Assembly: GCA_049860595.1 (NCBI GenBank)
Contig: CP187551.1
From: Methanocaldococcus sp. 16A
GTDB lineage: Archaea; AGJL01; Methanococci; Methanococcales; Methanocaldococcaceae
Direction: 5' to 3' (one strand)
Length of the DNA stretch: 64,000 nucleotides
The number at the start of each line of letters is the position of its first letter. Positions within the stretch are counted from its first letter, which is position 1. Below, in pieces: positions 21,394 to 31,207 of this stretch. The position numbers and the translations under genes are program-made. A model generated the notes under the pieces. It made no database searches. It saw only the letters and a program-made list of their open reading frames with translations, and was not told the origin of the DNA.

Positions 21394-21677
21394 ATGAAAC
21401 TTTTAGAAAAAGTTTCATCAAAACGGATGCATTGCATCCTAAAGAAAGCAATGCCTCATAATGGACATTAATTGCCCCTTTTAGGGGTAACTTAATGGAC
21501 GAGGAGTATCCCGAACCATAGGGCTTCGCCCTATTGGTATACCCATACATGGGGAGTATAGCAATAGAGGGGCTACGCCCCTCTATGCGAGTAGAGCAAT
21601 AGAGGGTTTCCCTCTATGCTTAGAAAAAGGTTCATCAAAAATTTTGGGGTATACCAATAGGGGCGTAGCCCCTATGG
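21394..21677. repeat. Mosaic array of about 8 palindromic units (REP/BIME-like) between convergent genes
   Basis: GC-rich island of hairpins with 3-nt loops, e.g. ATAGGGC-TTC-GCCCTAT, ATAGAGGGGC-TAC-GCCCCTCTAT, ATAGAGGG-TTT-CCCTCTAT, ATAGGGGC-GTA-GCCCCTAT. Confidence 0.92.
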
Positions 21678-22247
21678 TCCTAAATTTTTAAGCATAGTTT
21701 CAGCCAATTTTTTATGCTCTTTATTGCCAACTTTTTTAATTATTGAAAAATATTTTTTCATCTCTTCCTTCATATTTTTTTTCTCATTTTCATCAATTTT
21801 TATACTTTTATTTATTAATCTTGAGTAAATAACTGCCATCTCAACCAACAAGCCATCTGCTCTATTATATGGCTTTGGAATATTGTTTAAATATATTCTT
21901 TTTATCTCTTCCCCTTCTATAATCATCAATCTGTTTTTTCCAAATTTATCTTCTCTATCAACAAACTCTCTTTTGATAACTTTGTAAAATATAACATAAT
22001 AAGAATTTTTTAAATAGGGGATGTTGTTGTAATAAAGATATTCGTCATTATCATCTAAAACTGCCTTCGCTATCTCTATTGGTGGAACTACATTAACTGA
22101 AAAATAATCTTCAGTTAAAAGATTTTCATAAGTATGAGAGCCAGAAAAAAGATGCATAATAACTTTTTTATCTTTAAAATAAACACCAATTGGAGCTTTG
22201 TTATCATTATCATTTTTTCTTGTTGCTACAACCACTTCATTTATCAT
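21672..22247 (-). CDS. DUF447 family protein (flavin-reductase-like barrel)
   Basis: EVVVAT..NKAPIG..GSHTYENL..PYNRA..LVE.AV..SRL. Confidence 0.8.
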   Translation of the reverse strand: MINEVVVATRKNDNDNKAPIGVYFKDKKVIMHLFSGSHTYENLLTEDYFSVNVVPPIEIAKAVLDDNDEYLYYNNIPYLKNSYYVIFYKVIKREFVDREDKFGKNRLMIIEGEEIKRIYLNNIPKPYNRADGLLVEMAVIYSRLINKSIKIDENEKKNMKEEMKKYFSIIKKVGNKEHKKLAETMLKNLGP

Positions 22248-23029
22248 AGGTATCCCAAATTCACTTTTATACTTTCTAAATCTTTTCCTCTTCCATAAGA
22301 TAAATTTATCTTAACTTTTCCTTTATTTGCCTTTTTGTTTAATGGAATTACTAATGGAGGGTTTAACATTGGCGTCTGTCCAGCTACATGTTTATCATCT
22401 AATATTGTATATGTTCTCAATTTTATTCCCAAGTTTTCACAGCTTTTTTCAAGCTCTAACTCTATATTATAGCTTACTTCAATAGGATTTATCTTATAGA
22501 AATTAACTTCCTCATAAATAATCTCTTCAGAAACTTCCTCTGATTTAATATCTTCATCATAATAGATATGGCTCATCTTTGCCTCTACAAGTTGTATGGT
22601 AGAGATTGCCTTAGCTGGAATAATCTTAGCATCTTCTTTTAAAAAACCTCTCTCTATTATTGAGTTCATAACCTTAACTTGTGGTTCAGTAATTAAAGCA
22701 GTGTCTAAAAGCTCGGCTATAACTACATCAGCTTTTTCTTTAAATTTGTATGTTGTAGCATCTCCTTCAATAATCTCAATGTTATTGAATCCATTAACTT
22801 TTATATTTTCCTTTGCATAATCATATGTAAAACTATCTAACTCAATAGCATAAACCTTCTTAGCCTTTTTTGCCGCAATCATTGCTAATATTGCTGAACC
22901 AGTCCCTAAATCAAAGACTATATCATCCTCATCTACAGCATTTTCTATAGCATTTTTAAAGATTGCTAATCTTTCATAATCTGTTAATAAAGAATAGTGC
23001 CACTGTGGAACTTTCAATTTTAGCTTCAT
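22244..23029 (-). CDS. SAM-dependent methyltransferase with PRMT-like motifs
   Basis: HYSLLTDYER, DLGTGSAIL, YAIE, ELLDTALITE, LKEDAKIIP. Confidence 0.85.
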   Translation of the reverse strand: MKLKLKVPQWHYSLLTDYERLAIFKNAIENAVDEDDIVFDLGTGSAILAMIAAKKAKKVYAIELDSFTYDYAKENIKVNGFNNIEIIEGDATTYKFKEKADVVIAELLDTALITEPQVKVMNSIIERGFLKEDAKIIPAKAISTIQLVEAKMSHIYYDEDIKSEEVSEEIIYEEVNFYKINPIEVSYNIELELEKSCENLGIKLRTYTILDDKHVAGQTPMLNPPLVIPLNKKANKGKVKINLSYGRGKDLESIKVNLGYL

Positions 23030-23324
23030 GTTATCACTTAATTTATATATTTACATATAATTTATAATATTTAATTTATTGAAAATTGTGTAATTTATGA
23101 ATGTTAATTTTTCACATCTTTCGAAAATGAAAAAATATATATAGGGGTTTGGTTAATAATATTACTACGTGGGGGCATTAAAATATCTATTTTTAATTTA
23201 AATGTTCGATATTGGGGATATTTCATATAATAATGGGGGAGGGGTTTTACGCCCAAACAACCTTTAACTTTTTACAGAACAAATTTTCAGAATATAAAAA
23301 TTAAAGACAAATTAATTTTATCTG

Positions 23325-24779
23325 TTAATCCCTTATCATCCCCCTTTCTTTTTGCCATTTCCTTCTTAAACCTAATATACATCCTCCTCCTCTAACGCCC
23401 CCAATAGGTACTTGTGGAGTACCTAAACAGTTCATACATCTAGCCATAACTGAGGCTCCTAAAGCTAAACCATCCTCGACAAACACAACATTCTCCTCAA
23501 CTTTATCCCAAATTTCTAAGGTTTTAAGTTTTTCTATAATTAACTCTGGTTTTTTTCCAGTAATTCCTGCTCTTCCAGTGATTCCAATAGCTGATTTTTC
23601 ACAAATTAATCCTTTCTCATAAGCTAACTCTACCAATCTTCTAACTACCTCACTCATAACATAATCTAAGCAACACATCAATGTTGGAATATCACTTTTT
23701 TCAACTAATTCTCCCCCCAATTCCTCCAATTTTATTAAGTCACTACCATTTTTACCAACATCACATCCAAGTAATGTTGTGCCAGCTTTTTCAGCAGATT
23801 TTGGGTCTACTGGGACCGTTCCAAATCTTTCCACATTTTTTGGAACTTCTTTAATTATTATATATTTGTGAATCTCTTCGGCATATTCTCTTGCTAATTC
23901 TTCATTTGGTTTTCCTTTAATATTTGATAAATCTAAAGCCGCTCCAGTCTTTTTATTTATTTTTCCAGAACCTCTTGCAATTGCATCCGCTATACCCCCT
24001 GCTAACCCACATAAATTACCAATAACCTTTGCATAAGGTAGAGTATCATTAGTTATTCTTCCCGCTAAGGTAGTTCCAAAGTCAATACTCATACATGGGT
24101 TTCTGAAATCAACATCAGTCCATTTACTTCCAACTTTTATTCCCGCAGTTACAAGCTCTCCTTCCATCTCGTTAGCTACAACTTCTTTTCCTGTAGGAGG
24201 AAGAACTCCAGTAACCGCCCCATCAAAGATAATTTTATCTAAGAAAGAATATTTGTCAAATGGTTTTGGTAGTTGCTCTTTACTCATTGCTGGTGTCATC
24301 TTTGCTGGTGGAACTCCTGCTTTCATACAACCTTGTGCTAAAGCTATAATCATCTCTCCAACTTCTTCTGGAGATGCAAAACCAGCAGTAACTCCAGTAC
24401 TTCTAACTACAAAGTGTAAATCATCAACAGTTAGCCCAGCTTTCTTTAAACTTTCCAATAACACATCTTTAACCATATCTGCAACGGCATCTCTTGTTAA
24501 TTTAACACCCCACAAGGTTTCTCCAAAAACTTCCTCTCCTTTTTTAGGTTTTCTAACATCTCTTGTCATTTTTACAGCTTTGCTAATAATATAGGTTTTT
24601 CCAGTATCCATATTTGTTGCTGTAATAATAGATTTTGTCGTTGTATTTCCTAACTCAACTGATGCTACTATATAATATGGCTGCTTCTTTAGCTCAATTA
24701 AATCAACACTCTGTGATTTTGCATAAGCTATTTTTGGCTTCTTTTTAAATATCCCTGAAATGACATCAAAAATTCCCAT
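23325..24779 (-). CDS. Methanogenesis marker protein 14 (ASKHA-like)
   Basis: VASVELGNTTTK, FVVRSTGVTAGF, ANEMEGEL, DFGTTLAG, EDGLALGA..MARCMN. Confidence 0.85.
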   Translation of the reverse strand: MGIFDVISGIFKKKPKIAYAKSQSVDLIELKKQPYYIVASVELGNTTTKSIITATNMDTGKTYIISKAVKMTRDVRKPKKGEEVFGETLWGVKLTRDAVADMVKDVLLESLKKAGLTVDDLHFVVRSTGVTAGFASPEEVGEMIIALAQGCMKAGVPPAKMTPAMSKEQLPKPFDKYSFLDKIIFDGAVTGVLPPTGKEVVANEMEGELVTAGIKVGSKWTDVDFRNPCMSIDFGTTLAGRITNDTLPYAKVIGNLCGLAGGIADAIARGSGKINKKTGAALDLSNIKGKPNEELAREYAEEIHKYIIIKEVPKNVERFGTVPVDPKSAEKAGTTLLGCDVGKNGSDLIKLEELGGELVEKSDIPTLMCCLDYVMSEVVRRLVELAYEKGLICEKSAIGITGRAGITGKKPELIIEKLKTLEIWDKVEENVVFVEDGLALGASVMARCMNCLGTPQVPIGGVRGGGCILGLRRKWQKERGMIRD

Positions 24780-24834
24780 GTTATCCCCACCTATGAAAAT
24801 ATATAGATTATATGTATTCAATGTATTGTATCAT

Positions 24835-25950
24835 TTATAAAATTTCTCTTGCGAATTTCTTAGCTAATGCGATAATAGAAATTATAGGTGGAACTCCTAA
24901 GGCTTCCTTGAATATAGAAGCGTCGCAAACATACAGCCCTTCTTTAACTTCAAATTCATCAACAACTAAACTTAAACTTCCTCCAGGATGTGAGCCTCTT
25001 GGTATAGTTGTGAATATATCATCAACACCTAACTTATATAAATATTTTGTTGCTTTGCCTATTCCCTTAGAAAGAGTTTTAAAATCTTCTTTGGTTATCT
25101 CTTTTTTAACCTCTTTATCTAAAACTTCTCCATTATTTTCATCCTTAATCTTTATCATAATCCCTACAATATCTTTCTCTTTCACATCTTTATAATCTTT
25201 TTTTATTTCATTATAGAGGAGTTTTGAATAATGAGTGGCCAATATAAAATTTTTGTATCTTTTATAAACAAGCATAGAAACGTCTTTATTTAAATAACTA
25301 TCTTCTAAAATCCCTCCAACAGTAACAAAAGTATCAACAAAAAGATTTTTTCCAATATTTTCATCATCAATTAATTTTTTTAAAATCCTTGGGCTATTTA
25401 TTCCACCAGCAGAGATTATTATATTTCTACTTTTAATTTTTCTACCATTTTCATCTAAAATTTCATAATTCCCATCATAATTTATTGCTTTTATATTAAA
25501 TTCAGTAATTATATCTACTTTTGACTCTTTTAGGTAATTTAGAGGAGTCCATTTTGCATCACATATCTTCCTTGCACAGTTTCCACACTTATTACATTTA
25601 TTGAAATCAATAAACTTTTCCATCTTTTTAAACCCTAATTCAATAAATTTTTTGTCAATATCATTTAAGAAATCATCATCTGGGGCTTTAATATTTAACT
25701 CATCCCAAATTTCTTTATATATTTCTTTATCTATTTTGTATCCCTTAATATCTATCTTCATAGCATTTCCTAAGGAATAAACTGCACTTCCCCCTAATCC
25801 ATAGGCATAATTTATTTCTATATTTTTACCTTCTGAAGCATAAATTGGATTTTTTCCCTTTTCTATTACTGCCACTTTATACTTTTCACTTAATTCTTTA
25901 GCTACTGTAGAACCAGCAACTCCTGAACCAATAATTGCAAAATCATACAT
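24835..25950 (-). CDS. GMC-family FAD-dependent oxidoreductase
   Basis: GSGVAG Rossmann motif, GLGGS, CNKCGNC, SAGGINSPRIL, HPGG, LYVCDAS. Confidence 0.85.
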   Translation of the reverse strand: MYDFAIIGSGVAGSTVAKELSEKYKVAVIEKGKNPIYASEGKNIEINYAYGLGGSAVYSLGNAMKIDIKGYKIDKEIYKEIWDELNIKAPDDDFLNDIDKKFIELGFKKMEKFIDFNKCNKCGNCARKICDAKWTPLNYLKESKVDIITEFNIKAINYDGNYEILDENGRKIKSRNIIISAGGINSPRILKKLIDDENIGKNLFVDTFVTVGGILEDSYLNKDVSMLVYKRYKNFILATHYSKLLYNEIKKDYKDVKEKDIVGIMIKIKDENNGEVLDKEVKKEITKEDFKTLSKGIGKATKYLYKLGVDDIFTTIPRGSHPGGSLSLVVDEFEVKEGLYVCDASIFKEALGVPPIISIIALAKKFAREIL

Positions 25951-25958
25951 AGTTATCC

Positions 25959-27074
25959 CTATTTTTGAATATGTTTATTGTATAGTTCTAATATCTTCAA
26001 TTTCCTGTTTTCGTTATATTTATTATTGTTAAACATTGAATTATTAATTAGTCTTTCAAAAGTTCTTCTATCCTTTGGATGTAATTTTAATGTGCTCATT
26101 TCTTTTACCGCTTTAGCACATTTAATTTCAGAATATAGATTCCACTCTTGAAGAATTTCAATATATTTTTTGAATTTTTCTTCATCAATGGCTTCTTTAG
26201 TATATAATTTATCTTGATTAATGAATGGAAATGTATTTATAAAATCAAACTTCTCTTTAAAATCAGGTTTTGCTATAGAATTAATAATTTCCAATATTTT
26301 TTTCATAGTATTTTTCTCTTCAGATAAAAAACTCCATAATTCTTCTGCAATTAAAACTTCTTTTCTGTCAAAATACTTAGAAAATTCTATCAAACTTTTC
26401 ATAAATCTTTCTTTGTCATATCCACAAGGATTTTTTGGATTTTCTGTTGGGTCATAAGGAAAGCCAATAAAATAATACACTTCCTTATTTGGATTTCTTT
26501 GCATCATAAGGGCTTTTCCATAAAGAATTTTCTGTTTTTCTCCTCTTGCCACACCAGAATTTGGTTTAACTGTCTTTAATTCAACCATAACTATTTTATC
26601 TTTGTCTTCAAAATAAACATCTGCCGTAAATTCTAAACCAATCACATATTCAGAATCTTCTAAAATCGCCTCTTTTAATTCTTTATTTTCTTCTTCTACA
26701 TTTGGTAATCTATCACCACTTTTTAAATCATTTATAATTTCTGATATTTTATCTCTAACATTTTTTTTAATCTTATAATTTTTAAATGTCTTTTTTTCAC
26801 CGTTAGATAAAATATGTGCAATATTTTCGAAATAACTTTGCCCTAACGTTGTGCTTAGACCATGAAACCACTGTGATAGAGTTAAAAACTTTAATGCTTC
26901 ATCGTCATCATTTATATTAAGTTTTCCATAAAATGCTCTTAAAAAAGCAATGTGGAAGGGCATATTTCTTATTTTTATATCTTCATCAGGGATTGTTTCA
27001 AATCTTGATATCAATACTCTTATTGTCTCAATACTAATTTTTTCTATAATTTCTATACTTAGTGTCATAATCAT
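25959..27074 (-). CDS. Type II restriction endonuclease, TdeIII/MjaII-like
   Basis: GLSTTLGQSYFE, ADVYF...ELKTVKPN PD-(D/E)XK core; translationally coupled to MTase; GGNCC target inferred by homology only. Confidence 0.8.
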   Translation of the reverse strand: MIMTLSIEIIEKISIETIRVLISRFETIPDEDIKIRNMPFHIAFLRAFYGKLNINDDDEALKFLTLSQWFHGLSTTLGQSYFENIAHILSNGEKKTFKNYKIKKNVRDKISEIINDLKSGDRLPNVEEENKELKEAILEDSEYVIGLEFTADVYFEDKDKIVMVELKTVKPNSGVARGEKQKILYGKALMMQRNPNKEVYYFIGFPYDPTENPKNPCGYDKERFMKSLIEFSKYFDRKEVLIAEELWSFLSEEKNTMKKILEIINSIAKPDFKEKFDFINTFPFINQDKLYTKEAIDEEKFKKYIEILQEWNLYSEIKCAKAVKEMSTLKLHPKDRRTFERLINNSMFNNNKYNENRKLKILELYNKHIQK

Positions 27075-28663
27075 TCCCCCATTTTTAATTCAAAGATACT
27101 CTCATAGTATGGGTTTCTATCTCTCTCTGTTCTATTTAGGACAGGTCTTTTAAACTCTTTAACTAAAATAAGATTGCTTTTTTCAAAAATCTCTTTATAC
27201 AAGTTCTTTTTATCATTAACAACAATAAAAATCTTTGCATCTTCTTTTAAAAATCTCTTCATATTTATTAAAACTTCTGACATACTCTCAATATATTCTT
27301 TCTGAGCCTTCTTTGAACTACCTTTAAATTTAGGTCCTATTTCTAATTCATCTAATCTTGGAATATCAAAAAGCTCATAGGCATAGGCGTGCTGTTCATG
27401 ATAGTCAATCTGCCCTAAGTAGGGGGGTGACGTAAAAATACCATCAATTTTCTTTTTTTTATAAAGTTCATAAAAGTTTTTGTGTTTTTTTAACTCTTCT
27501 TCAACATCAACGGTTCTTGAATCCCCATTGATGATTAAATAATAAGCCTCTTTTCTAATCTTTGAAAATTCTTCTATTCTATTAATCACATCCTTTGTAT
27601 ATTCCTCCAAGTGTCTTAAAATTGTATGAACAGGTTTGCAAATTTTTTTATGCTTATAGCAATAGTATGGGTCAAATACCGGCTCTTTTAGTGTAGCCAA
27701 ATCAAAGTGTGTAGTTCCTCTAACAGACCTTGCTGTTCTACTTAAAATTATCATTGCTACTTTTTTTATAGTTTCATCATTGCAATCTTTAATTAAATTT
27801 AGATAAAAGTTTAATTCTGCCCTAATTCTTGGAGAATACCATTTATATAAAAACGGTTTATCTTCAAAAATGTTATCGAACTTATAATCATTTTTGCAGT
27901 ATTTTTCTTTAAGTTCTTTATACTCTAAATAGAACATCTCCATAATGTCTTCAGAATATCTTTCTTCATCAATCTCCTTTTTTGATAATTTTCTTCTATA
28001 TTCTAAGGTGAAGTATTTTTTGTTGTATTTTTCAATTAACTTATCCACTTCATTAATAAATTTATCATTTCCTAAATTTTTAGAAAATTCCTTTGTTTTA
28101 TTTAGCATATTTAGCAATTCTTCCTTTAATTTTTGAATATCATATTTTTGTAATTTTACTTCAGCAATTAAGCAGTTAAATGGAGAAATATCTATTCCTA
28201 TAGAATGAATTCCCATTTCAAGACACTGAACTAATGTTGTTCCAGAGCCCATAAATGGGTCTATTATAATATCCCCTGCATTAAAATGCTTCTTTAAAAA
28301 ATATTCTACCAATTGTGGAATAAATTTTCCTTTATATGGATGTATTCCATGGACATGCTTAGTTCTTTCCTTTTCAGATAATAAATCAAATGCTAAATCC
28401 CAATCTAATTTAAATCCTAACTTTTCTTCCCATTCTTTCCTTTTTTCAAAAAATAGTTTTTTGTAATAGTTTTCAATCTCATCAATATCCACATAAACTC
28501 TATTTTTGATTTTATACTTTGTAACTCTTCCATATTGCACTAAATAGGAAATATTATGCTCTTTAATTTCCTTACCAAACTTTTTTGTTAATATCCTTGA
28601 AGCCTCTTTTATTGTGTAAAGTCTTTTTGTTGGTTGAATATTTAGCCATACATCTAAATTCAT
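27071..28663 (-). CDS. N4-cytosine DNA methyltransferase (M.MjaII-like) with N-terminal HTH
   Basis: HPYKGKF, DPFMGSGTT (motif I) before TSPPY (motif IV), i.e. alpha order; YTIKEASRIL HTH-like N-terminus. Confidence 0.9.
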   Translation of the reverse strand: MNLDVWLNIQPTKRLYTIKEASRILTKKFGKEIKEHNISYLVQYGRVTKYKIKNRVYVDIDEIENYYKKLFFEKRKEWEEKLGFKLDWDLAFDLLSEKERTKHVHGIHPYKGKFIPQLVEYFLKKHFNAGDIIIDPFMGSGTTLVQCLEMGIHSIGIDISPFNCLIAEVKLQKYDIQKLKEELLNMLNKTKEFSKNLGNDKFINEVDKLIEKYNKKYFTLEYRRKLSKKEIDEERYSEDIMEMFYLEYKELKEKYCKNDYKFDNIFEDKPFLYKWYSPRIRAELNFYLNLIKDCNDETIKKVAMIILSRTARSVRGTTHFDLATLKEPVFDPYYCYKHKKICKPVHTILRHLEEYTKDVINRIEEFSKIRKEAYYLIINGDSRTVDVEEELKKHKNFYELYKKKKIDGIFTSPPYLGQIDYHEQHAYAYELFDIPRLDELEIGPKFKGSSKKAQKEYIESMSEVLINMKRFLKEDAKIFIVVNDKKNLYKEIFEKSNLILVKEFKRPVLNRTERDRNPYYESIFELKMGE

Positions 28664-29805
28664 AATTCCTCCCCTACATCTTCATCTTCATCAAAATAAA
28701 GCCGATAAGTGTCTATATCATAGCCCATCTTATTTATAAACATTCTAATTACTCTTCCAGGGTCTCTTGATTTTGTAATTGCTCTACCAACAATTAATAT
28801 TTGATATTCTTTCAATAGCTCTTCAACATTTTCTACACCAACTCCTCCAGCAATTGCCAATAAGCAATCTCCTTTAAACCTCCACTCTTTTTTAATTCCA
28901 AAAGTCTCCTCATCAATCCCTCTATGTAAAATAACAACATCTGGCTTTAATTTTAATGACTCAAATAATTTTTGAGGTTCAGAGACATTCATCATATCTA
29001 AATAGCTAATTAAACCACATTTTTGGCATTCGTGAATAGCTTTAATTATTGTTGATTTTGGTGCTACTCCACTTATTGCTACAGCATTAGCAGTTGCTTC
29101 AAAAGCCAATCTAACCTCAACCCTTCCAGTATCTAATGTTTTTAAATCAGCAACAATAAAGCCATCAAAATAATCTCTCATTATCTCAATAACTTCCAAG
29201 CCAAATTTTTTAATTAATGGAGTTCCTGCCTCTAAGATAATGTGGTCGCTCTTTGGAATTGTTTGTAATAAAAACTCCAAATTCTCCATTGTTGGAACAT
29301 CCAAAGCAATTTGTAGATATGGAGGATACTCTAATCTAACATCTCTAAACCCAACTAATGGATGCAAAGCCCTATACTTCTCTTTCTTTACCTTTTCTTT
29401 TGATGGATATTCATTTAAAGCTCTGTTTATAGCTAACTTTGTTGAAGCATAAAAGTATTGGAAGAGCTTTCTTTTTGTTAAATTTGTTATTGGAAGCTCT
29501 GGAACATTGACAGAAACAACAACCTTTAAATCCTCATCTAAATCTAAATCAGCAATAGCCTTAGCAACGGCATATTGAATAACTCCTTGAAATAGCTCAT
29601 CTTGTATATTGCTCTCAATATTATGCCTTGGAACTACTAAGGTTAATGGCTTAACTATTAAATTAGGTCTTAAGTTTGCAAAAACACAGTTACCTCTTGT
29701 TAGGGCATTTGTGAAAACACTCTCTATTTCTTTATCTTTTCCTAATGCAACATTAACGATTGCTTTAACTTCATTTCCCAAAACTGCTTCACCAAATTTT
29801 ATCAT
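28660..29805 (-). CDS. fae-hps: Bifunctional Fae/3-hexulose-6-phosphate synthase
   Basis: N-terminal Fae-like domain (LRPNLIVKP.TL.VP) and HPS domain (LQIALD, EAGTPLIK, DLKTLD, HRGIDE, VGRAIT). Confidence 0.9.
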   Translation of the reverse strand: MIKFGEAVLGNEVKAIVNVALGKDKEIESVFTNALTRGNCVFANLRPNLIVKPLTLVVPRHNIESNIQDELFQGVIQYAVAKAIADLDLDEDLKVVVSVNVPELPITNLTKRKLFQYFYASTKLAINRALNEYPSKEKVKKEKYRALHPLVGFRDVRLEYPPYLQIALDVPTMENLEFLLQTIPKSDHIILEAGTPLIKKFGLEVIEIMRDYFDGFIVADLKTLDTGRVEVRLAFEATANAVAISGVAPKSTIIKAIHECQKCGLISYLDMMNVSEPQKLFESLKLKPDVVILHRGIDEETFGIKKEWRFKGDCLLAIAGGVGVENVEELLKEYQILIVGRAITKSRDPGRVIRMFINKMGYDIDTYRLYFDEDEDVGEEL

Positions 29806-29842
29806 GTCAATCCCTTTAATTTATTAATTTATTATTATAAAA

Positions 29843-30616
29843 TTAAAATTTAACAATTTTTCCACTTGCATCCCTCTTATATTTCCCAAATTCTTTAATA
29901 AATCTCAACTTATCTCCCCAAAATACCGGCCCATCCTTACAAACACAAAGCCCTTCATCATCTACACAACACTGCCCACAGATGCCAATACCACACTTCA
30001 TATATCTTTCCATTGAAACTTGAACTGGAATATTATATTCATTGGCAATATCAACAACCTTCTTCATCATTATTTCTGGCCCGCAAGTAATGATTAAATC
30101 AAATTTCTCTTCTTTAAGAACTTCTTTCATTTTTTCAGTTGTAAAGCCTTTAAATCCAAAACTACCATCATCTGTACAAATCTCTAATCTCCCAGATTTT
30201 TCAAATCTATCTAAAAATAACAATTCTTCTTTAGTCCTTGCTCCCAATATAGTTGTTATTTCAATCCCTTGCTTTGAAAATTCTTCAACTGCTGTTATAA
30301 TTGGTGCAGCTCCAATACCTCCAGCAACAGCTAAGATTTTATCTCCCAACGGCTCAAAATATGTTCCATAAGGCCCTCTAACTCCTATTATATCTCCTTC
30401 TTTTAATTCATGCATTTTTTTAGTAAATTCTCCAACTCTCGCAACGCTAAAACTGTTTTTGGAAGAGAAACCAAATGGTTTCTCATCAACTCCTGGAATC
30501 CAAAGCATTGCAAACTGTCCTGGCTTAAAATCAAAATCTCTATCTATTACAAATGTTTTTACTGTAGGACTTTCTACTATTATCTCCTCTATTCTACAAA
30601 TAATTGGTTTTTCCAT
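29843..30616 (-). CDS. pyrK: Dihydroorotate dehydrogenase electron transfer subunit
   Basis: PGQF, RGPYG, GGIGAAP, CGP, MKCGIGICGQC...CKDGPVF. Confidence 0.93.
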   Translation of the reverse strand: MEKPIICRIEEIIVESPTVKTFVIDRDFDFKPGQFAMLWIPGVDEKPFGFSSKNSFSVARVGEFTKKMHELKEGDIIGVRGPYGTYFEPLGDKILAVAGGIGAAPIITAVEEFSKQGIEITTILGARTKEELLFLDRFEKSGRLEICTDDGSFGFKGFTTEKMKEVLKEEKFDLIITCGPEIMMKKVVDIANEYNIPVQVSMERYMKCGIGICGQCCVDDEGLCVCKDGPVFWGDKLRFIKEFGKYKRDASGKIVKF

Positions 30617-30661
30617 TATATCACCTATATTTTAAAATAATAAAATATAATAATTTAAATT

Positions 30662-31186
30662 TTACAAATCATTTATTGTTCTAACAACTTTTCCTTTCTC
30701 TATCAACTTTATAATCAAATCCAAACTAACTGGCTTATAACCTAAAACCTCAACAGAAACATTAACTCTATTTCTTTTAGGATTTATAAATGGATATTCA
30801 TCTAAGTGATTTGCGTGGTGATGCCCATGAATAACCCAACCTTCGAAGTTTAAAGCATAAGAGCTATCTGGATTATGAACTAACATGAATTTATAGCCAT
30901 CATATTCAATTATTTTAAATTTTTCACCAAATTTGTCATGATTTCCTTTTATAAAGATTATTTCACCATTTAGTAATTCCATAAGCTCTTTAGCTCTTTT
31001 AGCTTTATTTTTACTTAAAATAAAATCACCTAAGAAATAAACAACATCTTTATCTCTAACAATATTATTCCAATTTTTTATTAGAGCTTTGTCCATTTCT
31101 TCAACACTTGAAAATGGTCTATTGCAGTATTTTATAATGTTTGCATGGTTAAAATGTGTATCAGAGATTAGATAAATTTTTCTCAT
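30662..31186 (-). CDS. Calcineurin-like metallophosphoesterase
   Basis: SDTHFNH, LGD, GNHD, HGHHH. Confidence 0.9.
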   Translation of the reverse strand: MRKIYLISDTHFNHANIIKYCNRPFSSVEEMDKALIKNWNNIVRDKDVVYFLGDFILSKNKAKRAKELMELLNGEIIFIKGNHDKFGEKFKIIEYDGYKFMLVHNPDSSYALNFEGWVIHGHHHANHLDEYPFINPKRNRVNVSVEVLGYKPVSLDLIIKLIEKGKVVRTINDL

Positions 31187-31207
31187 AATTATCCCAAAAG
31201 TATAAAA

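Noticed and set aside
21394-21677. Possible CRISPR array, tRNA or SECIS in the GC-rich island
   Set aside because: No identical direct repeats with unique spacers, no cloverleaf or TTCGA arm, and no in-frame UGA selenoprotein in the flanking genes
28660-29805. Degenerate-looking Fae domain in Fae-Hps
   Set aside because: Appears to be the usual state of the Methanocaldococcus orthologue as I recall it, not a new lesion
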